A program made the translations under genes and the position numbers. This document shows positions 28,334 through 37,390 of a stretch of 64,000 bases of DNA, piece by piece. The stretch comes from an uncultured delta proteobacterium. Its GTDB lineage: Bacteria; Myxococcota_A; Polyangia; Palsa-1104. The notes beneath the pieces are model-generated. The model was given only the letters and a program-made list of their open reading frames with translations, had not been told where the DNA came from and ran no database searches. The DNA lies in contig CAWAWS010000008.1 in assembly GCA_963785725.1 (NCBI GenBank), positions 1 to 64,000 of the forward strand. Reading direction: 5' to 3'. Positions within the stretch are counted from its first letter, which is position 1, and each line of letters opens with the position of its first letter.

Positions 28334-28461
28334 GGCTTCGTCCAGCAGCGCACGGGCCGTGTCAGTGCAGCCCGGTCGCCGCGAACGAGGTGTACGCTGT
28401 CACGGCGTCATCCACTCCAACCGCCGTGCTGGTTGCGACGGCGCTGCACGTGCCGAGGCTC

Positions 28462-28881
28462 ATGACCATGACGACCACGACGATTGCCGGACTGCGCGCG
28501 GCGCCCAGCGAGCGTTCGCCCAAAGAGACGATGGATCGGCTCGAGCAGGCGATTCGCGCCAAGGGCATGACCATCTTCGGTCGCGTCGATCACGCGGCCG
28601 GCGCACGCGAGGCGGGGTTGGCGCTGCGGCCGACCGAGGTCTTGCTCTTCGGCGACGCGCGCGTGGGGACGCGGCTGATGCTGCTGGCGCAGACGATGGG
28701 GATCGATCTGCCGCTCAAGGCGCTGGTGTGGCAGGACGAAGCGGGGCAGACGTGGATCGCCTACGACGATCCGGGCGCGCTCACCGAGCGGCACGGCGTG
28801 GCCGTCGCCGGTGCGCCGGTGACGACGAAGATGACGGCGCTGCTGGAGGAGCTCGTCGCGCAGGCGACCGGACGCGCCTGA
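28462..28881 (+). CDS. DUF302 domain protein
   Basis: KGMTIFGRVDHAAGA, LRPTEVLLFG, GIDLPLKALVWQD; 3' end of track ORF 26173-28881. Confidence 0.85.
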   Translation: MTMTTTTIAGLRAAPSERSPKETMDRLEQAIRAKGMTIFGRVDHAAGAREAGLALRPTEVLLFGDARVGTRLMLLAQTMGIDLPLKALVWQDEAGQTWIAYDDPGALTERHGVAVAGAPVTTKMTALLEELVAQATGRA

Positions 28882-29228
28882 ACGCCGGCCGGCTCGCACA
28901 CCCGACCGTGGCCGCCGCCGAATCCGCGGCGAACGTCCCGCCAACGAGACAGCCGACTCCGTTTCCGTACGCCGCCCCGCACTAAGAAACGCGGTCTCCC
29001 ATAACGCGCTAGCACCACTGCGCGTAAGTCACGGAACGACATCGCGAACACCGATCGGCACATGCTAAGACGCGGAAGTGTTGCTGCTCGCGCGCGCTGG
29101 TCGACCACGTAGCTCCGACGGGCGAGCAGCGCTCGAACGGCCGCGCAGCGCTGCGCGACTGCAGTCGAATGAACGAAATGGAGCCCCATTGTCGTGCAAA
29201 CGAATGACTTTGAATAAAGGTTGATGAC

Positions 29229-32200
29229 ATGAATATGCGCGGCTCATCGAACTTTGGCGTACGGCATCGCACTTGGCGCGTCGCCGTCGGCATTGCCAGC
29301 CTCACGCTCGCCGCCTCGCTCGGCGGCTGCGGCTCGAACGGCGGCGGCGGCAACGGTGGCGGTGGCGGCAGCGCCGGTGCCGGCGGAGGCACTGCCGGCG
29401 GCGGCGGCGCTCCCGTCAGCGGCGGCGACCTCGCCACCGGCGCGACCGACGGCGGCGCCGGCGACGGCGGCAGCGACGGCGGCCCGGCCGAGCCGGTCTG
29501 GCTCGCCGATCCCGCCTCGCACGTCAACACGATCATCGGCACGACCGCCGGCGGCAACATGTTCCCGGGCGCCGACGTCCCGTTCGGCATGGTGCAGTGG
29601 AGCCCGGACACGTCGCCCGATCGCAGCGAAGGCGGCGGCTACGAATACAACGACACCAAGCTCCTCGGCTTCAGCCTGACGCACATCAGCGGCCCCGGCT
29701 GCGGCGCCGCCGGCGACATTCCCATCCTGCCGCTGACCGGCGGGCTGCCGGCCGGCGATCCGACGACGCACGTCGAGCCGCTCACGCACACCGGTGAAGT
29801 CGCGACCGCCGGCTACTACTCGGTGCAGAGCGGCTCGCCGGCGATCACGACCGAGCTCACGGCGACGCTGCGCAGCGCCATGGCCCGCTTCACCTATCCG
29901 TCGACGACCAACGCGAACCTCTTGTTCGAGCTGCTCAACAGTCAGAACGGCAGCCAAGGCTCGAGCGCGGCCATCGTCGGCACGAACGAAGTGACCGGCT
30001 CGACCACGAGCGGCCACTTCTGCGGCGCCGGCGATCAATACACCGTCTACTTCGACGTCGTCTTCGATCAGCCGTTTACGGCGTCGCAGATCATTACGGC
30101 TTCGGGCGGCAAATCGCCGAGCGCGGTGTTCTTGACCTTCGACACGACGAAGACGCAGGTCCTGCAAGCGAAGGTCGCCATCTCGTTCGTGAGCGTCGCC
30201 AACGCCAAAGCCAACTGGACCGCGGACAACGCGCAGTGGGACTTCGACGCGACGAAGACGGCCGCCCATACGGCCTGGAACAACGCGCTCGGCCAGGTGC
30301 AGATCTCGGGCGGGACGACGGCGGAGCAGGAGCTGTTCTACACGTCGCTCTACCACTCACTGCTTCATCCCAACGTCTTTAGTGACTCGAATGGCCAATA
30401 CATGGGCTTCGATAATCAGGTCCATTCAGTGGCGGGCACGCAGAAAGCGCAATACGCCAACTATTCGGGTTGGGACATTTACCATAGCCAAGTTCAGCTC
30501 AGCGCCACGGTCGCCCCGCAAGCCATGAGCGACTCGGCGCAGTCGATGCTCAATGACGCCGCGCAGAACAACGGCCAGCTTCCCAAGTGGGCGCTCGAGA
30601 ACGGCGAGAGCTACGTCATGGTCGGCGATCCGTCGGACGGCATCATCGCCGGCTATTACGCCTTCGGCGCGCGCAACTTCGACACCAAGACCGCGCTGGC
30701 CGTCATGCTCAAAGAGGCGACGGTCGCCAACAACATTCGCCCCGGCCTCGATTACTACATGATGAAGGGCTACCTGCCCGATGACGGCACTTACGGCTGC
30801 TGCAACTTCTACGGCTCGGTGGCGACGCTGCTCGAATACGGCGAAGCCGACTTCGCGCTCGCGCAGTTCGCCGCCGCGCTCGGCGACACCGTCAATTCGG
30901 GCTTGATGCTCACGCGGTCGCAGAATTGGCAGAACGTCTTCGACAGCTCGGTCAATATGTTCAATGCCAAGCTCTCGGACGGAACGTTCGTCGCCGGCGA
31001 GGGGCTCACCAGCGGCCAGGGCATGGTCGAAGGCAGCGCCTCGGAGTACCGCTGGATCATGTCGTACGATCGCTTGGCGCAGATGACGGCGATGGGCGGA
31101 CCGGCCGTCGTCAACCCGCTGCTCGACGCCTTCTTCACGAAGCTCGACGACTTCAGCGGTCAAGGCGCGCTCATGACCAACGAGTTCGAGATGGGCGCGC
31201 AATACTGGTTCAACTACACGGGCGAGCCCTGGAAGACGCAGGACGCGGTCAACCGCATGCGCACGCAGATGTATACGGACACGCCCGCGTTCATCAACAA
31301 CAACGACGACCTGGGCGCGCTCTCGTCGCAGCTCGTGTGGTCGATGATGGGCCTGTATCCGGCGCATCCGGGCAGCGGCATCCTCACGCTCAACGGGCCG
31401 GAGTTCCCGGGCGTGAAGATTCATCTGCCGAGCGGCGCCTCGATCTTGCTCCTGGCCAACGGCGCCTCGGAGTCGAACCCCTATATTCAGTCGCTCAATC
31501 TCAACGGTCAGCCGAGCTCCAAGACCGAGCTCGACCCGTCGATTCTCGAGAACGGCGGCACGCTCGAGTTCACGATGGGCGCCACGCCCAACATGAATTG
31601 GGGCACCGACGCGCCGACGTCGTTCGGGTCGGCCTCGACGTCCGTCGTGCCGGTGTTCCCGGTGGGGCCGGTGGTCATGGCGCCCGGCAGCACGATGACG
31701 GCGAACGTCGGCGCGCAATCGGCGCGCATGGACGTGAGCCAGACGGTCTCGTGGTCGACGTCGGCGACCGGCATCACGGTCAGCCCGACCAGCGGTCAGC
31801 TCACGGTCGCCGCCGGCGCGCAGGCGACGAGCCCGCTCACGATCACCGCGCCCGGCACCGAAGGACGCTACATGATCCCGTTCTCGCTGACGTCGTCGAC
31901 GGGCCTGACGCCGCCGGGTGCGGCGTTGGCGGTCATCGTCGCGGCCGCCGGCTCGTTCTGGCCCTACTTCAACAACGCCGGCATCTCCGACGACGGCTCG
32001 GGCGTCGCCAACTTCGACGGCGAGGGCTACACCTACTCGACGCAGGCCTTGGCCGCCGGCGGCGCCACGCCCGGCGCCACCATCACCGTTGGCGGCATCG
32101 CGTACACCTGGCCCAACGAGACGTCGGGACAGCTCGACAACGTCGCCGTCAGCGGCCAGACCATCGCCTTCCCGAGCGCCGTTCACACCACGATCGGCCT

Positions 32201-32522
32201 CCTCGGCAGCGCCACCAACGCCGGCACCGCGGGCGCGACCGGCACCCTCACGGTCACCTACGCCGACAAGAGCACGCAGGCGATCCCCATCGTCTTCACC
32301 GATTGGACCCGGGGCGGCGGCGGACTTCCGGTCGTGGGCGGCAACACCGTCGCGGTCACCAGCAGCTACCGCAACGCCGGCACCGCCAAAGACACGGGCA
32401 CGCCGGCGTACGTCTTCGCCTTCTCGGCGGCGCTCACGTCGACGCAGCCGGTCACCAGCGTGACGCTGCCGTCGGATTCGTCCGGCGGCCAGATTCACCT
32501 CTTCGCCCTCACGCTCAAGTAG
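29229..32522 (+). CDS. GH92 alpha-1,2-mannosidase-family lipoprotein with C-terminal Ig-like/beta-sandwich domains
   Basis: Lipobox LGGC; FPGADVPFGMVQWSPDT, GFSLTHISGPGC, FYTSLYH, SGWDIY, VEGS, NDDLGALSS. Confidence 0.9.
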   Translation: MNMRGSSNFGVRHRTWRVAVGIASLTLAASLGGCGSNGGGGNGGGGGSAGAGGGTAGGGGAPVSGGDLATGATDGGAGDGGSDGGPAEPVWLADPASHVNTIIGTTAGGNMFPGADVPFGMVQWSPDTSPDRSEGGGYEYNDTKLLGFSLTHISGPGCGAAGDIPILPLTGGLPAGDPTTHVEPLTHTGEVATAGYYSVQSGSPAITTELTATLRSAMARFTYPSTTNANLLFELLNSQNGSQGSSAAIVGTNEVTGSTTSGHFCGAGDQYTVYFDVVFDQPFTASQIITASGGKSPSAVFLTFDTTKTQVLQAKVAISFVSVANAKANWTADNAQWDFDATKTAAHTAWNNALGQVQISGGTTAEQELFYTSLYHSLLHPNVFSDSNGQYMGFDNQVHSVAGTQKAQYANYSGWDIYHSQVQLSATVAPQAMSDSAQSMLNDAAQNNGQLPKWALENGESYVMVGDPSDGIIAGYYAFGARNFDTKTALAVMLKEATVANNIRPGLDYYMMKGYLPDDGTYGCCNFYGSVATLLEYGEADFALAQFAAALGDTVNSGLMLTRSQNWQNVFDSSVNMFNAKLSDGTFVAGEGLTSGQGMVEGSASEYRWIMSYDRLAQMTAMGGPAVVNPLLDAFFTKLDDFSGQGALMTNEFEMGAQYWFNYTGEPWKTQDAVNRMRTQMYTDTPAFINNNDDLGALSSQLVWSMMGLYPAHPGSGILTLNGPEFPGVKIHLPSGASILLLANGASESNPYIQSLNLNGQPSSKTELDPSILENGGTLEFTMGATPNMNWGTDAPTSFGSASTSVVPVFPVGPVVMAPGSTMTANVGAQSARMDVSQTVSWSTSATGITVSPTSGQLTVAAGAQATSPLTITAPGTEGRYMIPFSLTSSTGLTPPGAALAVIVAAAGSFWPYFNNAGISDDGSGVANFDGEGYTYSTQALAAGGATPGATITVGGIAYTWPNETSGQLDNVAVSGQTIAFPSAVHTTIGLLGSATNAGTAGATGTLTVTYADKSTQAIPIVFTDWTRGGGGLPVVGGNTVAVTSSYRNAGTAKDTGTPAYVFAFSAALTSTQPVTSVTLPSDSSGGQIHLFALTLK

Positions 32523-32632
32523 CCCTCGGCCACCGCCGGTCCGGCCCGTCGCGATCGCGCGCGGGCCGGCCGGTCGGTCGGTCGGTGCGCCTGCTCACCG
32601 CGCGCGGGCGTCGACCCGCGTATGCTGCCCGA

Positions 32633-33166
32633 GTGACCTCACTCGACCGCTGGCTGCCGACGCTCGTCTCGATTCCGCTCGTCGGCTTCGTGCTCTACCG
32701 TCGCTTGTCCCGCGCTTTTCGCCGCCAGCCAATCGCGGCGCCGCGGATGCTCGTGCGCGTCGGCCTCTTGTCGCTCGTGGCCGCGCTGTTCCTCTTGGCC
32801 ATGCCGACGGCGCAAGGGCTCGCCGCCGCCGGAATCGGCGCGCTCGTCGGCACCGGCTTGGCGCGCTTCGGCCTCGCCCGCACCGAGATCGAAGCCACGC
32901 CCCAAGGCCGCTTCTTCACGCCCTATCGGTGGACCGAGCTCGTCGTGATGGCGCTCTTCTTGGGTCGCCTGACCGCGCGCATGCTGACGACGTTCCAGGC
33001 CGCGTCGAGCCACGCGGGCGACCTCGCGTCCAACCCGGCGCTGCAGCGGAGCCCGCTCACGCTGGCGCTCTTCGTCGTCCTCGCCGCTTATTACGTCGTG
33101 TATTACGTGGGGCTCTTGCGTCGCGCGCGACCGTCCGCCGCGCCCGTCGAGAATCGCGCCGGCTGA
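32633..33166 (+). CDS. DUF1453/CcdC-like membrane protein
   Basis: LYRRLSRAFRRQP, LARTEIE...FFTP, LFLGRL, SPLT...YYVVYYVGLL; several TMs. Confidence 0.7.
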   Translation: MTSLDRWLPTLVSIPLVGFVLYRRLSRAFRRQPIAAPRMLVRVGLLSLVAALFLLAMPTAQGLAAAGIGALVGTGLARFGLARTEIEATPQGRFFTPYRWTELVVMALFLGRLTARMLTTFQAASSHAGDLASNPALQRSPLTLALFVVLAAYYVVYYVGLLRRARPSAAPVENRAG

Positions 33167-33175
33167 TCTTCGCGC

Positions 33176-33679
33176 TTACGCGAGCCACGACGCCAGCAGG
33201 TTCGCGTCGGTGTCGAAGGCGGCGCGCACCTCCCGCACCAACACGCGCTCGGCCAGCCCACCGACGAGCGGCACGCGAACATTGATCTCGCCCGCGACGG
33301 TGCGAACGACGCCGCTCGCCGCCTGCCGGAACGTGAAGCAGCCCGACGAGTCGAAGCGCTCGCGCCAATGCTCGGGCAGGTTGGGATGGACGCGATAGTC
33401 GATGCGCTGCCGAACGCGATCGTAAGCGGACTCTTCCACCCAGATGAGCATCTCGGGCGTCACCAGGCCCCGTCCGAACGACGGCACGCGGTCGTGCGCG
33501 CGCGGCGTATAGCGCACCCGACGCCGCAGCACGCCGTCGGTCTCCGCGCTCGCCAGCAGCTCGATGCGCTCGAACCCCGGCAGCGCGCGCTCGAGACGAT
33601 CGTAGGTCGAAGGGTCCACGAGCAGCGACTCGAGGCTCGCCAGCGTTCCCGGCAGCGCGTGCTCGACAGAAAAGCGCAT
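33176..33679 (-). CDS. DUF2505-like (SRPBCC/START fold) protein
   Basis: MRFSVEH start; WVEESAYDR; RTVAGEINVRVPLVGGLAERVLV. Confidence 0.7.
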   Translation of the reverse strand: MRFSVEHALPGTLASLESLLVDPSTYDRLERALPGFERIELLASAETDGVLRRRVRYTPRAHDRVPSFGRGLVTPEMLIWVEESAYDRVRQRIDYRVHPNLPEHWRERFDSSGCFTFRQAASGVVRTVAGEINVRVPLVGGLAERVLVREVRAAFDTDANLLASWLA

Positions 33680-33911
33680 CGGCCGACGGATGATTACACC
33701 GCGCCGCCGGCCACGCAATCCCACCGTCGATCCGCTCGAACGCGCGATCGCGCCGAAATGACAGTGCGAGCGCGACTGAAACGTCACTGTCGCGCGCCGA
33801 TTTAGCCGACTGGCATAAGCAGTCGCAATGCAATGTAACTACAGTCTGGCTTAGTCCCGTTGTCTCTAAAATGAGACGGTTTCACGCAGGTTTACCGACG
33901 TCTTCGCGCTA

Positions 33912-33940
33912 TTCACACGCGCTGTGCACGATGCTATGAC
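33912..33940 (+). promoter_or_regulatory. Candidate sigma70 promoter
   Basis: TTCACA-N17-TATGAC with an extended TG, in the AT-richer gap upstream of the VWA gene. Confidence 0.4.
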
Positions 33941-34110
33941 GACATCGGTCGGCGGGGGAATTCGTATTGCGGCATTCGGACTCGAACAGTGTTAATGGCA
34001 ACCGCAATGCGCGCGCGACTGTCAGTCCGTGAGTCGCGCGCCAATCGACTCTTCATATAGGCATTCATTCTTGGCTTATCGCTTCGTTTACTTTTGCCGA
34101 GGAGGATTCG

Positions 34111-35133
34111 TTGCTTCGTAGTGCCATTCGTCTAATGCCGCTCTTGGCGCTCGCCACGGCCGGTTGCGGCTTGTCGCTCAAGATGGTCGACGCCAGCGTG
34201 CGCAAGCCGTCCAACGTCGCCATCTATTTCCGCGTGACGGACCACGACGGCAAAGGCGTGCCCGATCTGCCGGCGACGCAGTTCAACATCTTCGAAGACG
34301 GTAAGCCCGTGCCGCTCGAGATGTCGAAGCAGACGATCTTGACCGACCAAGCGGCGGCCGCGAAGTACACGCTCCTCCTGCTCGACATGTCGGGCGCGAT
34401 CGCGACGTCCAGCCGGCGCAGCGAGCTGGTGTCGGCGGCGGCGGCCTTCGCCGATCGCATCTCCAAGACGCAGGAAGTGGCCATCTGCGCCTTCGATGGC
34501 TCGCCCAGCATCAAGCCGCTCATGCTCTACGCGGCGGGCGGCGGCGTCGTCAAAGGCGACATCGACGCGCTGCGCACGTTTCAGACCGCCGATCCTTCGG
34601 ACAACCTCAACGGCGCGGTCGTCGAGGCGATCGACGCGCTGACGAAGCAGATGGAGCGCTCGTCGCAGCCGCTGCGTTTGGGCACGCTCGTCATCTTCAC
34701 CGACGGCACCGACCACGCGCAGCGGGTGACGCGGCCGCAAGCGCTCGAGGTGCTCGACAAGGTCCGCGAGCAGGTCAGCGTGCTGGCGGTGGGCGTCGGG
34801 CCGCTCGTGGACGCCGAGGAGCTGCATGCGCTCGCGCGCGACGGCGCCGTCCTCGAGAAGCGCAGCATCGACATGCCGCGCGCCTTCGCCGAGATCACCC
34901 AGCGCGTCGACGATCTGTCGCGCGCGCACTACCTCTTGAGCTACTGCTCGCCGGCGCGCGCCAGCTCGCATGAGGTGCGCGTCGACGTCGACGTCAAGCA
35001 TCGCGGCGCCGGCAGCTTGCCGTACCACTTCGAGGCCGATCGCTTCCAGCCGGGCTGCGATCCCAATCAGCCGCCGCAGTTCAAGGTCCATCACGCGACG
35101 CTCACGCCCACGAGCCGCGTCAGCCGCCGTTAA
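34111..35133 (+). CDS. VWA-domain lipoprotein
   Basis: Lipobox TAGC; LLLLDMSG, AFDG, LVIFTDGTD MIDAS-like motifs; GAGGAGG RBS before TTG. Confidence 0.85.
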   Translation: MLRSAIRLMPLLALATAGCGLSLKMVDASVRKPSNVAIYFRVTDHDGKGVPDLPATQFNIFEDGKPVPLEMSKQTILTDQAAAAKYTLLLLDMSGAIATSSRRSELVSAAAAFADRISKTQEVAICAFDGSPSIKPLMLYAAGGGVVKGDIDALRTFQTADPSDNLNGAVVEAIDALTKQMERSSQPLRLGTLVIFTDGTDHAQRVTRPQALEVLDKVREQVSVLAVGVGPLVDAEELHALARDGAVLEKRSIDMPRAFAEITQRVDDLSRAHYLLSYCSPARASSHEVRVDVDVKHRGAGSLPYHFEADRFQPGCDPNQPPQFKVHHATLTPTSRVSRR

Positions 35134-35146
35134 AGAGGTCTGCTTC

Positions 35147-35938
35147 ATGTCGCGACGCTTCGTCTTGGTCACTTTGGCCGCCCTCGGCTGTCACGGCGCC
35201 GCCCAGCCGGCGGCGCCCTCGGTCGATGACCGCTGCTTCGGCGCGCACGTCGCCGCCGCCTGTCTCATCGTCGCCGCGCAGTCGGTCGCCGATCCCAGCC
35301 TGACCACGCCCGAGCGCGGGCGACAGGCGGCGGCCGAGGCCTGTCGCTTGAAGCGCGGCGACGGCTGCGAGCAGCTCGCCGAGATGCTCGAGAGCGGTCG
35401 CGGCGGCGCACGCGCCTTGGACGCGGCCGTCGCCGACCGTCGCCAAGGCTGCGCGCTCGGCGACACTAGCGCCTGCGAGCAGCTCGGCAACATGCTGTCG
35501 TCGGCGATCGGCGCCGGCAAAGACGAGGCTGGCGCGCGCGAGGCCTACGCCAAAGGCTGCGCCGCGCAGCGCCAGTTTTCCTGCGCGCGCCTCATGGAGC
35601 TGCCGGGCGCCGCCGCCGTCGCGCCCGCGCCCGTCGCGCTCACGGCGCACGCCGGCGGGCACGACGGCTCGTTCAGCCTCGCCGTCATCGGCAGCGACGC
35701 CAATCCCGACAAAGAGCAGCGCTGTCGCGAGCAGCTGCATCAAATGGGCGCCCACCTCGACCCGCACGCGAGCACGAAGGCGACGCTCATTCTCGGCAGC
35801 GAGAATCGGCTGCGGGTGACGACGCGCAACGAAGGCACGGTCGTCGACCGCGAGCTCTCGCACGCGGGCGTGTCCGACCTGTGCGCCGAGATCGTCGCGC
35901 AGGTGGCGCGCACGCAGAAGCGCCGCGCCGGCCTCTGA
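35147..35938 (+). CDS. Sel1-like repeat Cys-rich lipoprotein
   Basis: Lipobox ALGC; repeats ACRLKRGDGCEQLA, GCALGDTSACEQLG, AYAKGC...SCARL. Confidence 0.7.
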   Translation: MSRRFVLVTLAALGCHGAAQPAAPSVDDRCFGAHVAAACLIVAAQSVADPSLTTPERGRQAAAEACRLKRGDGCEQLAEMLESGRGGARALDAAVADRRQGCALGDTSACEQLGNMLSSAIGAGKDEAGAREAYAKGCAAQRQFSCARLMELPGAAAVAPAPVALTAHAGGHDGSFSLAVIGSDANPDKEQRCREQLHQMGAHLDPHASTKATLILGSENRLRVTTRNEGTVVDRELSHAGVSDLCAEIVAQVARTQKRRAGL

Positions 35939-36044
35939 CGTTTTTGCTGCGACGAGCGCGGCGCCGCGGGCCCTACCAAACATGGCGTCGCGACGCCGCC
36001 GTCGCTTTGCGAGCGCGCGCGCCGAACATCGTCGAGGAGTCGAG

Positions 36045-36545
36045 ATGAGCGTCAATGGTGCGATGATTCGAATCAGTCCGGCCGAGCTCGATTGGTGTCG
36101 GGTCGCGGACGAAGAAGCGATCGAAGAGAAGACCGAGCATTGGTTCTGGGCCGACGAGCCGCGCGCCCTCAATTTCGCCAAACGCTACGCCGGCGTGCAC
36201 TTCCTGTTGACCGGCATCGACCACAGCGAAGAGGTGGACGGGCCGCTCAGCTTCTTGGGCAACCAAAGCTACGGCGAGAATCTCAGCTACGAATTCTCGT
36301 ATGGCCCGGCGCGCGTGTTCCCGCCCGACGCCGTCCACGAGATTCAGCGCGCGCTCGAGGCGCTGTCGGCGGAGGTCGTCGCGCAGCGCCTGCGCGATCC
36401 GGCGCTGGCTCACGTCTATCCCTTCGCCATCCGCAGCTTGGATGATGAAGACCGCCAGTCGCTCGAGCAGCTCGTGGCCGAGTCGCGCGCGTACATCGCC
36501 GCGACCGCCGCCGCCGGCGACGCGCTCCTGGTCGCCATCTTCTAA
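36045..36545 (+). CDS. YfbM/DUF1877 family protein
   Basis: MSVNGAMIRISPAEL, GVHFLLTG, SYGPARVFPPDAV, AAAGDALLVAIF; GAGGAG RBS. Confidence 0.8.
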   Translation: MSVNGAMIRISPAELDWCRVADEEAIEEKTEHWFWADEPRALNFAKRYAGVHFLLTGIDHSEEVDGPLSFLGNQSYGENLSYEFSYGPARVFPPDAVHEIQRALEALSAEVVAQRLRDPALAHVYPFAIRSLDDEDRQSLEQLVAESRAYIAATAAAGDALLVAIF

Positions 36546-36628
36546 CCGGTAACCAGCGCGGCGCGACGGCAGCGCGGCGGGCGCGCGAGCTGTTGACTTG
36601 TCTTCCGCGCTCTGCGTTTGCTATCGGT

Positions 36629-37390
36629 GTGCGCTTAAAAATCTTATTGGTGATGATCCTCACGCTGGGTGGCGCGGTGGCGCAAGCCGACGTCGAAGGG
36701 GCGCGGCGCGCCTACGCCAAAGGCATGACCGCCTACAACTTGCAGCGGTTCGCCGAGGCGTTGGCGCTGTTTCAGCGCGCCTACGAAGAGAAGCAAGATC
36801 CGGCGTTCCTCTTCAATTTGGCGCAGTGCCAGCGGCAGCTCGGCCAGTACGACACGGCGGCCAAGAGCTATCGCGCCTATCTCAACTCCTCGCCGCAGAC
36901 GCCGGCGAACGCCGAGCAGGTGCGCGTCTTGATCGGCGAGATGGAGACGGCGGCTCAGCGCAAAGTGGCCAGCGAGCTGCCGCTCGTGACGCCGACGCCC
37001 GCGCCTGTCGTGACCACGCCGACGCCGGTCGTGACGACGCCGGCGAGCCCATCCGTCGACCACGCGTGGTACCGCAATCCCGTCGGCTGGACGCTGGTCG
37101 GCGTCGGTGTTGCCGGCCTGGGCGTGTCGATCGGCCTCCTCGTGCACGGCAACGATCTCGACCATCAGCTGGGATCGGCCACGTCGCTGACGCAGGTGCA
37201 GCAGCTGCAGTCCGACCGCGACACGTTTCGCACGGCCGGCTTCGCGCTCGTCGGTGTCGGCGCGGCTGCAGCCGTCGCCGGCGCGGTGGTGTTGGCATTG
37301 ACCGCGCGCCAGCACCACGGGCGCACGGCGTGGCTGGCGCCGGCGGTGACCAACGGTTCGGCGGCGCTCGCGTTCGGCGGTGCCTTGTGA
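36629..37390 (+). CDS. Exported TPR protein with C-terminal hydrophobic helices
   Basis: ARRAYAKGMTAYNLQRFAEALALFQRAY...FLFNLAQCQRQLG TPRs, Pro/Thr linker, WYRNP plus Gly-rich hydrophobic segments. Confidence 0.82.
   Translation: MRLKILLVMILTLGGAVAQADVEGARRAYAKGMTAYNLQRFAEALALFQRAYEEKQDPAFLFNLAQCQRQLGQYDTAAKSYRAYLNSSPQTPANAEQVRVLIGEMETAAQRKVASELPLVTPTPAPVVTTPTPVVTTPASPSVDHAWYRNPVGWTLVGVGVAGLGVSIGLLVHGNDLDHQLGSATSLTQVQQLQSDRDTFRTAGFALVGVGAAAAVAGAVVLALTARQHHGRTAWLAPAVTNGSAALAFGGAL

Noticed and set aside
26173..28881. 902-aa ORF that looks like a DUF302 fusion
   Set aside because: Arg-rich off-frame read-through of the regulator and kinase genes; only 28462-28881 is real. The same applies to 30926-33166 and 57305-59605
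32530..32585. GC hairpin after the GH92 gene as a terminator
   Set aside because: Imperfect stem with no U tract; cannot be distinguished from background in this composition
33811..33827. TGGCAT...TCGCA as a sigma54 promoter
   Set aside because: GG-to-GC spacing is 11, not the required 10
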